Positions 19,303 through 26,041 of a stretch of DNA of 35,776 nucleotides are shown here, piece by piece. The position numbers and the translations under genes were made by a program. The stretch spans positions 1 to 35,776 of the forward strand of contig JANOSY010000050.1 in NCBI GenBank assembly GCA_031416075.1. The letters are read 5' to 3'. This stretch comes from Candidatus Tenderia sp. Its GTDB lineage: Bacteria; Pseudomonadota; Gammaproteobacteria; Tenderiales; Tenderiaceae. Under the pieces are notes generated by a model, which made no database searches, was not told the DNA's origin, and saw nothing but the letters and a program-made list of their open reading frames with translations. Position 1 is the stretch's first letter. Every line of letters begins with the position of its first letter.

Positions 19303-20196
19303 CTATCGCTCCGTTATCGCCCCGTTATCGCTTAGGGTGGCCAATAGCGCCAATACCAGCTGCTGGGTCCTGTGCTCAACATCGATCGCCGGATTGAACT
19401 CGGCAATCTCCATAGCCACCAGATTTGGATCCCGCGCCAGGAGCGCCAAGGCAGTCAACAGCTGTTTAGCGGGGATTCCGCCCACCACTGGCGACCCCAC
19501 CCCCGGTGCATCATAGGTAGCAAGACCATCAAGATCGATGGAGATACCGTAGGCCGCCGTGCCGGTAGAGACAATCTGCTGCGCCTGGCGCATCACGTTT
19601 GCAAAGCCGATGCGGTCAACATCATCGTCGGTGAAAAACTTCACCCCCAACTCTTGCAGCAGCGCCTTCTCCGGCGGTTCATAGCTGCGCACCCCCACCA
19701 GCACTAGATGCTGCGGCAGCACCACATATCCTTGGGGCGCGAGATCGAGCAACGTTGGCGCGCCGTGACCCAGCAGCGTCGCCACCGGCATGCCGTGCCA
19801 GCGACCGCTGGGAGTGCTGTAGGGGGTGTGGGCATCCATGTGGGCATCGATCCAGATCAATCCCAATGGACCATCCAGACCACGGGCAACTCCGTTCCAG
19901 GTGCCGATGGCGCAGGAGTGGTCACCGCTCACCACCGCCAGGCGCCGCCCCGCCACCGTTGCCGCCGCCACGGTGGCAGCCAGATCGGCGCAGAAGTCGG
20001 TAATACCCTCCACCCCCTCGCCCACGGCAGTGGCTGGCGGTTCCACAATCGCCCCCCACTCGACCCCACTCAGCGCCTGCTGCTGCCCCGCCTTCCAGAT
20101 GGCGGCGGGGCCACGGCCACAACGTTTATCGGGTGCGCCAAGACCGGAAGCGGCGCCAATCACCTTCATGGCTGTGGCTCTGTTCTCACTTTTCAT
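19303..20196 (-). CDS. rocF: Arginase
   Basis: GDHSCAIG, WIDAHMD, HGMP, SIDLDG, EFNP motifs; immediately upstream of rocD. Confidence 0.9.
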   Translation of the reverse strand: MKSENRATAMKVIGAASGLGAPDKRCGRGPAAIWKAGQQQALSGVEWGAIVEPPATAVGEGVEGITDFCADLAATVAAATVAGRRLAVVSGDHSCAIGTWNGVARGLDGPLGLIWIDAHMDAHTPYSTPSGRWHGMPVATLLGHGAPTLLDLAPQGYVVLPQHLVLVGVRSYEPPEKALLQELGVKFFTDDDVDRIGFANVMRQAQQIVSTGTAAYGISIDLDGLATYDAPGVGSPVVGGIPAKQLLTALALLARDPNLVAMEIAEFNPAIDVEHRTQQLVLALLATLSDNGAITER

Positions 20197-20228
20197 AACA
20201 CTCCTTTTCCTTAAACGCTGTTATAAAA

Positions 20229-20255
20229 CTATCGGCCTGTCACTGCGCAGCCTTA
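20229..20255 (-). promoter_or_regulatory. Sigma-28-like promoter upstream of arginase
   Basis: Minus strand TAAGG-N14-GCCGATAG, about 33 nt upstream of the rocF start. Confidence 0.45.
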
Positions 20256-20373
20256 CCAAAGACCATTACACACAAGCAGTTAGAAGCCCAGAGCTGGAAT
20301 CAGTTGCAACGGTGGCTAAATTGATGATGATAAGATTCCCTTATTCAACGCGCCAACAGAGTCCCCTAACAAC

Positions 20374-21051
20374 ATGAATGCCACAAACAGCCCCATGCCT
20401 ACCACCTTATCCGGCCCTGCCGGGGCACTGGAGATCCTGGCCGAGGGGTTTGATGCCCGCTTCACCGGCATCGCTGTCATCTGCCACCCCCACCCATTGC
20501 ACGGCGGCACCATGCTTAACAAGGTGGTCCATTATCTCGCACGCAGCTGTCGTGAACTGGGGCTGGCATCGCTGCGTTTCAACTATCGAGGTGTAGGCAA
20601 GAGTGCCGGCGGCTATGGCGAGGGGGTAGGTGAGAGCGAAGATCTGCTGGCGATTATCGACTGGCTGACGGAGCGCTACCCCGGCAGGCCGTTGTGGCTG
20701 GCCGGTTTTTCGTTTGGCTCTTATGTGGCGTTGCGGGCGGCCGGTCAGCGACCGGTTGAACAGCTGATCACCATCGCCCCGGCGGTCAACCGCCTCGACT
20801 TCAGCAAGCTGCCCATGCCCGGCTGCCCCTGGTTACTGATCCATGGCGATGCCGATGAGGTGGTGCCTTTAGAAGAGGTGGTGCGGTGGGTGGCCACTCT
20901 GGCAAAACCACCAGAGACGGTCTACATGGAGGGGGTGGGGCACTTCTTTCATGGCCAGCTGCCACGGCTGCAAGAGAAACTGATGGAAAAACTCGCGACG
21001 GCGGCAGCGCGACTCAGCAGTGATTTCATCAGTAATTCCATCAGTGATTAA
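20374..21051 (+). CDS. Alpha/beta-fold hydrolase
   Basis: CHPHPLHGGTM, RFNYRGVG, GFSFG, HGDADEVV, HFFHG motifs. Confidence 0.9.
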   Translation: MNATNSPMPTTLSGPAGALEILAEGFDARFTGIAVICHPHPLHGGTMLNKVVHYLARSCRELGLASLRFNYRGVGKSAGGYGEGVGESEDLLAIIDWLTERYPGRPLWLAGFSFGSYVALRAAGQRPVEQLITIAPAVNRLDFSKLPMPGCPWLLIHGDADEVVPLEEVVRWVATLAKPPETVYMEGVGHFFHGQLPRLQEKLMEKLATAAARLSSDFISNSISD

Positions 21052-21174
21052 AGAACCGCTGAATTCTCCTCCGCGCCCAAGACGCGTTGGGCAGAGCCTG
21101 TCGCGCGAGGGCCTGCCCCACGCAGTGTTTTGGGCAAGCGCGTTGGGCACGGAATTAATTAGAGTTTCCTTTAA
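21048..21174. mobile_element. Palindromic MITE-like element / IS5-type remnant
   Basis: TTAA at both ends; imperfect terminal arms AGAACCGCTGAATT / AATTAGAGTTTCCT; internal GCCCAA/TTGGGC inverted repeats; CGCGTTGGGC occurs twice. Confidence 0.4.
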
Positions 21175-21175
21175 A

Positions 21176-21826
21176 CTAAAACCCACGCAATACCAATCGC
21201 TCCAGCGCCAATGGGTTGTGTTCATCAGCGCCAAAAAATGCGGAGTTGATTAAACCCTGATCCACCCCATCGGGTAGCAGCAACAGAATTTTACCTTTCA
21301 ACGCCTCACCCTCACGTGTCTCCCACATGATTAAAAACTGCTGCCGGGTAAAACGGCGATTGCCCCAGGACGGATCCGCCAGCTGCACAGTGCCATCGGC
21401 AGCGATGCCACGGATCACCGAGAAGTGATCATCATCGCGATAACGTAGATAGGCAATCGCCGGGGTTTTGAGTTTTTTGAGCTGATCAAAATTGAGGGCT
21501 ACGCCAACACCCTTGAGGCCATAACCACGCACCACCTCAGCCATGTCGTTAAAGGATGCAGCGCCATCTTTAGCCATCGTCTCCAGCAGCGCCTCTTCAG
21601 TGACCTCAAAGCCATAAAAGCCATTCATGATCGTCGCCACCGAGGCCGCGCCGCAGGAGTAATCGAGATCCTGTTTAACAACGTTGGCATCACGTAGATC
21701 TTTCCAGCTCTTCACAGCAACTGCACCCTTGAGCGTGGGTGTGCTGACCAGTGCCTCGGTTGCTGCTGTTGCCGAGCAAACGTACAGCCCAAGTAAAGAG
21801 GCAATGACAATTTTGTTAAAGCGCAT
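21176..21826 (-). CDS. Stand-alone periplasmic C39 cysteine peptidase (FapD-like)
   Basis: Signal peptide MRFNKIVIASLLGLYVCSATA; VKQDLDYSCGAAS (Gln, Cys), HFSV (His), LADPSWG (Asp); no ABC/TM domains. Confidence 0.9.
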   Translation of the reverse strand: MRFNKIVIASLLGLYVCSATAATEALVSTPTLKGAVAVKSWKDLRDANVVKQDLDYSCGAASVATIMNGFYGFEVTEEALLETMAKDGAASFNDMAEVVRGYGLKGVGVALNFDQLKKLKTPAIAYLRYRDDDHFSVIRGIAADGTVQLADPSWGNRRFTRQQFLIMWETREGEALKGKILLLLPDGVDQGLINSAFFGADEHNPLALERLVLRGF

Positions 21827-22712
21827 CGTTAGCCTTAAATATTTGGCCGATATGGCTGGCAATTTCAGTACTGATGTTGTCGAAGACATTCAACGCAGCA
21901 TCACGTAGCAACGCGGTTAAATAGAGTCCGGTATCCGACTCGATAAGCTGGGTGTACTCCTCCAGCTCACCATCCGATACAGAACGATACGCATAAACCA
22001 TACTGAGTTGAATGAATTGACGGGCCTGGGGCAGGGACTGCTCGCGCATCTGCGCCAGCATCTGTGCCATCTCATCATCCGCCATCTTTTTATCCGCTGG
22101 TACAATCCGGTTCATGTTTTTCATCATAGCGCTGGGTACCATTATCTGCACCTCAACCATGCTCTCGGTCGCCTGCTGTGCTCTATCGAGCCGTTCGACC
22201 AGCGCCAACCGCTGCGGTGACGGCTGCGACAGCATCGAACCTGCAAACTGCATCATCTCCTGAAATGCCTCGGGAGTCTGGGCTTGCAATTCCAGCGCCG
22301 TCATCTTTTTAGAAAGCGGGCGGTCCAGCAGTGCCACAACTTCTGCATAACGCTGGGCGTCATAACGCTTTTCAATAAAACTAACCAGCGCAGGCTTGGT
22401 TTTAACCGGATCAAACGATTGCAAAAAAGTGTCCTTAAATTTGTAAAATGCCTCCTGCTCGACAGGGGGTGGCGGCTGTTGGTCAAACCCCAACGCCACC
22501 ATGGCAGGCAACTGTTCGAGCAGTTCATCCATTCCCGATGTGGCTACGATTTTTGTAACTACCGCAGATCTGGCTTGTTTCTCTGCACTGTTTTCTATCG
22601 TTGTGCCAGAGGTGGTGCTCGCCTGAGTGGGTGATGGAGATGCGGCGGCAAAGACGGCACCTATCGAGAGGGAGGTGATCACGCAGGTCGTTGTCATGAT
22701 TTTTTTGAACAT
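21816..22712 (-). CDS. Exported alpha-helical protein (DUF2059-like)
   Basis: Signal peptide from MFKKIM; SGMDELLEQLP and YAYRSVSDGELEEY...ESDTG patterns; stop overlaps the C39 start region. Confidence 0.65.
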   Translation of the reverse strand: MFKKIMTTTCVITSLSIGAVFAAASPSPTQASTTSGTTIENSAEKQARSAVVTKIVATSGMDELLEQLPAMVALGFDQQPPPPVEQEAFYKFKDTFLQSFDPVKTKPALVSFIEKRYDAQRYAEVVALLDRPLSKKMTALELQAQTPEAFQEMMQFAGSMLSQPSPQRLALVERLDRAQQATESMVEVQIMVPSAMMKNMNRIVPADKKMADDEMAQMLAQMREQSLPQARQFIQLSMVYAYRSVSDGELEEYTQLIESDTGLYLTALLRDAALNVFDNISTEIASHIGQIFKANDAL

Positions 22713-22753
22713 CTTTATGCCGTCCTTGGGATGAGTGGTTGTAAGACTGGAAT

Positions 22754-22774
22754 GGTGCGCATAGCGCACCCTAC
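22754..22774. repeat. GTAG-type REP element
   Basis: GGTGCGC-ATA-GCGCACC-CTAC perfect hairpin with CTAC tetranucleotide. Confidence 0.7.
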
Positions 22775-22825
22775 TTTGCTAACAGCTTTAGTTCCATGGC
22801 CAATGGTGCAAGGCTTGAACTAATT

Positions 22826-23194
22826 TCAAAAGGAGCAATCGCAGGGAAGATCGCAGCCACCATCAACGCCATCGCCTTTGCACCATTTTTGTGGAATACA
22901 ATTTATTGCCTGACATGGATCAGCATCACACCGATCCATACAGCGCCTCTTTTTATTCTTATCCTCACCATTATTTTTCTCTTCCTGAAGCGTATCGTAT
23001 GCAAGTGAACACAAGAAAAACTGGCGCTTTATACTCTTCCGGCCACCAATGATCCCATCAACTTCGACGATTTTCCGTATGGCCCTGGAACATGAATCAC
23101 CGTGATGTAGCGCCGCATAGGCACACCTGAACCTCTTGTAAGGTGATATGTACTTCTGATAAAAAACTATCAGCGCGATGATAATTTTGTTCAT
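22826..23194 (-). CDS. YidD-like (haemolytic-domain) protein with Cys-rich tail
   Basis: IIALIVFYQKYISPYKRFRCAY...SCS...G pattern; C-terminal tail with seven Cys. Start at MNKII (23194) or 23230. Confidence 0.7.
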   Translation of the reverse strand: MNKIIIALIVFYQKYISPYKRFRCAYAALHHGDSCSRAIRKIVEVDGIIGGRKSIKRQFFLCSLAYDTLQEEKNNGEDKNKKRRCMDRCDADPCQAINCIPQKWCKGDGVDGGCDLPCDCSF

Positions 23195-23258
23195 GCCATC
23201 ACTACTGCTAACACAATGCTTGCATACCATTTACCCGACGGACCGCTCAACTGCATGA

Positions 23259-23546
23259 TTAACACGTCTTGCTGTCGCGTTGTCGCTTTAATCTGGCTTC
23301 ATGCTTTATTTCTAGGAAATAAAACATCGCCATACCTGACACACCGAGCACAAAGAATCCCAAGCTTGACAGGATTGATTCCTTTATTTCTTTGAGAAAA
23401 ATCAAATCCAGTATGTTTACAGCAACTGTCATACTGATTCCTGCAATGAAGGCTGAAATACCAAAGTTAATTTTATTTTTGAAACAAAGCCTCGCAGATT
23501 GTGCGCATATAATCACTCCAATAACGGGTAATACAATATCATTCAT
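23259..23546 (-). CDS. Small three-TM membrane protein (candidate immunity protein)
   Basis: GAGGAGG RBS before GTG/ATG; three hydrophobic segments and a basic tail; AT-rich. Confidence 0.6.
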   Translation of the reverse strand: MNDIVLPVIGVIICAQSARLCFKNKINFGISAFIAGISMTVAVNILDLIFLKEIKESILSSLGFFVLGVSGMAMFYFLEIKHEARLKRQRDSKTC

Positions 23547-23615
23547 CACGGGCCTCCTCATTGAGTTGGCAAATCAATCGCCCCCCCCACAATCCCGGGG
23601 GATTACCTTATTTAT

Positions 23616-24143
23616 TTATGACGTAATATTGAAAATGAATTTATCCCACACAGCAGGGAGAAACATGTAATGAAGCACAACAAACAAGGCCATACCAAAA
23701 ACCGTGATTGCTATCGTTGGAATTAATCCCTCACTTAATGAATTAACCCCCGTAATTTTCCTTACCGCAGCCACAAGAAAGCGCATGGCAACTATTAAAG
23801 TGATAACAAGAAGGAAAAGCGTAAAGTGTGATTCAACCTCAACACCTTGGCCACTACTTACAAAATAAGGCCCCCTAAAATATGGGGCCATTGCGATGCC
23901 TAGTAGAGTCGATGACATGATCGTCACTCCGACCATGCCGCCAATAGCACCTCCCATAACTGAATAGAGCAACGCCACTACGCCTTCACCACTCCTGCCG
24001 TCCACTATCAACCCAGCAATATATCCTAAAGAACCCGCCCCACCACCTGCTGCACCTGCCAAAACTCGCAATGCGGTTGAACGAACAACATCTATATCGA
24101 ATTTATTCAGATAGATCATTTTTATTTTCCACCACATAATCAA
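23616..24143 (-). CDS. Gly-rich multi-TM membrane protein (candidate cognate immunity protein)
   Basis: Four to five hydrophobic segments; AAGGAGG 8 nt before TTG 24143; directly downstream of the precursor. Confidence 0.6.
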   Translation of the reverse strand: MIMWWKIKMIYLNKFDIDVVRSTALRVLAGAAGGGAGSLGYIAGLIVDGRSGEGVVALLYSVMGGAIGGMVGVTIMSSTLLGIAMAPYFRGPYFVSSGQGVEVESHFTLFLLVITLIVAMRFLVAAVRKITGVNSLSEGLIPTIAITVFGMALFVVLHYMFLPAVWDKFIFNITS

Positions 24144-24149
24144 TGTGAA

Positions 24150-24176
24150 CCCCTCCTTGAGAAACATAAGGAGGGG
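24150..24176 (-). promoter_or_regulatory. Hairpin occluding the Shine-Dalgarno of the gene after the precursor
   Basis: CCCCTCCTT-N9-AAGGAGGGG perfect 9-bp stem. Confidence 0.55.
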
Positions 24177-24203
24177 GGAACTCCAACGCTACGTCATTAA
24201 ACT

Positions 24204-24731
24204 CTACCTTCTTCCACTGTTATAGCAGCTACCACAATAACCAAAACTTTGGCTGTTAAAACCATAATTGGTTCTGCTGCCAAAACTTGTGTTTCCATAA
24301 CTGGAACTCCAATTCAAAGGACTATTATTCCAGTTAAAACTCGATACTGCGCCACCAGCAAGCGAGCCATAGGTCATGGATGACCAATTATTGGTGCCAA
24401 GAAGGCCAGCAACAGCTCCTCCTCCTACTGCTTTTCCCGCATCCCATGTATTCCATGAGTAGCCTCCAGCAAGCCATCCACCTACATAACCTGCACCACC
24501 CCCAACAGCGCCAACACCTGCGCGTTGTATGTAGGGCACCATAACGAGAGGAACTGCTGCCCCCTCCGTCTCTTTCATCTCCTGATCAGAAAGTGTTGCC
24601 ACCTCCATCGTGCCTTCAGATTCAAACGCAAAGGCCATGTCCTTATCTTCAAAAGAGCTGGCCAGTGCTGATGTTGCACCGCATGAGAGGGCGAAGGTAA
24701 GCGCCAGGGATGTTGCTGTCAATTTCTTCAT
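24204..24731 (-). CDS. Secreted bacteriocin/microcin-like precursor (Sec signal, internal double-glycine-type leader, Gly-zipper core)
   Basis: MKKLTATSLAL...SALA signal; LSDQEMKETEGA leader motif (24558-24593); GxxxG-rich core; Asn/Ser/Gly/aromatic tail ending CGSC. Confidence 0.75.
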   Translation of the reverse strand: MKKLTATSLALTFALSCGATSALASSFEDKDMAFAFESEGTMEVATLSDQEMKETEGAAVPLVMVPYIQRAGVGAVGGGAGYVGGWLAGGYSWNTWDAGKAVGGGAVAGLLGTNNWSSMTYGSLAGGAVSSFNWNNSPLNWSSSYGNTSFGSRTNYGFNSQSFGYCGSCYNSGRR

Positions 24732-24770
24732 TCCAATCTCCATATCAAAATAGTGTTGAGCTAAAAACGG

Positions 24771-25754
24771 TTAATTATTGATGTCGTTCTGTTCTGCCTT
24801 TTCCGTGGCGTCACCTCCTTTGTCGTCTTTATCGATTGCAAACCGGCTGGGGAATTTATACAAAAACGTCATGCCCACCTCGGCGCCACTGTCGCCGGTG
24901 ATATCGCTGCGGCTGCTCACCTGCAACGTAACCTGCTTGCTCCAGGCGTAGCCGATACCGAACTCCATCTGTGTCTTGGTGGTGCGGATTTCTTGATACT
25001 CGCCGTCGACCGCGTCGCGCTGTTGCCAGCGCCATTGCAGACCGGAGGTGAGTGTGACTTCGTGGTTGACGGCGAAGCCGATGGTGGGATTGATGAAGAA
25101 CAGATCGCCGGGGTTGATGCGCTGGCTGCCGACGTTGCGGCTGGCGTTGTAGCGATAACCGCTGGTGAGTGAGAGCACCAGCGGGTCGGTGGCGCGGTAG
25201 GTGGTGAAGCCGATCATGGCGCTTTTGCCGTGAACGAGTTCGTTGCCTTCGGCGACCACATTTTCGGCGAGCGCCAGTTCGGCGAAACCGAGCAACGCCG
25301 GTGTTTCGGCATCGTTGGCGAAGCGGTGGTTGATGCCGATCCAGGAGTCCGAAAATTTTTCACTGCTGTTGGCAGCGGGACCATCGGCATCGAGGGTGCG
25401 CACGCTTTGCGCCACCGCGCCGAGGCGGCCATACAGCTCTGTGTCGAGCGACAGGCCGTAACGCAGGCCGGAGGAGAGGGCGAGCAGATCGAGGTTTTGC
25501 CGGGCTTGGCCGACAGCGACAGGGACGGAGATGAATTGGCCGGGACCGGTCTGGATGGTGCCATAACGCGAATCGACATTGCGCCGGTCGCTGTTGGCAT
25601 AGACAAGGTTTACATCGGCGCGCCAGCGCTTTTCTGCGGTGAGCAGGTCTTCGATGGTAAGGGGTAGGTCAGCGTGGGCCTTGGGCAGTACGCAGATGCA
25701 AAACAGCAATAACGCAATAACGCAATAACAGAATTTAATAATTGATCGTTCCAT
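24771..25754 (-). CDS. Outer-membrane beta-barrel transporter (FapF / MetA-pathway phenol-degradation-like family)
   Basis: Signal peptide ending AHA-D; DLPLTIEDLL N-terminus; amphipathic strands LRYGL, DPLVLSL..GY, NPGD...NP.IGFAVN, TFLYKF. Confidence 0.75.
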   Translation of the reverse strand: MERSIIKFCYCVIALLLFCICVLPKAHADLPLTIEDLLTAEKRWRADVNLVYANSDRRNVDSRYGTIQTGPGQFISVPVAVGQARQNLDLLALSSGLRYGLSLDTELYGRLGAVAQSVRTLDADGPAANSSEKFSDSWIGINHRFANDAETPALLGFAELALAENVVAEGNELVHGKSAMIGFTTYRATDPLVLSLTSGYRYNASRNVGSQRINPGDLFFINPTIGFAVNHEVTLTSGLQWRWQQRDAVDGEYQEIRTTKTQMEFGIGYAWSKQVTLQVSSRSDITGDSGAEVGMTFLYKFPSRFAIDKDDKGGDATEKAEQNDINN

Positions 25755-25837
25755 GACCACAACATCATCCCTGAAAGATTTATGAGGGATTATTGAACGA
25801 TACATTGATAGTGTAAATATGTATTTTTAACGCATAT

Positions 25838-25864
25838 TTAAATCGATTAAATCGATTAAATCGA
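25838..25864. repeat. Tandem repeat (TTAAATCGA)x3 in divergent promoter region
   Basis: Three exact 9-bp copies. Confidence 0.85.
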
Positions 25865-26041
25865 AATTAAGGAGACGGTGATTAACGCCTTAGTGGTCCA
25901 TGCGGTTAATTGTGTAACGAATTTTTTTCACGCTCAACCGAAGCCAAAAGAGGTATACGCATTTACGCATCACATATAGAAACGCCAATTAACAACATTC
26001 GGCAGATAGACAGACTACCAATAGTGACCTGAAAGTGAACA

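Noticed and set aside
19302-19332. Short CCGTTATCGC direct repeats at the rocF/rocD junction
   Set aside because: Two to three short copies within a coding tail; likely local slippage, not an array.
25869-25979. AAGGAG followed by a GTG-initiated 33-aa ORF
   Set aside because: SD-to-start spacing is only 3 nt and the peptide has no features.
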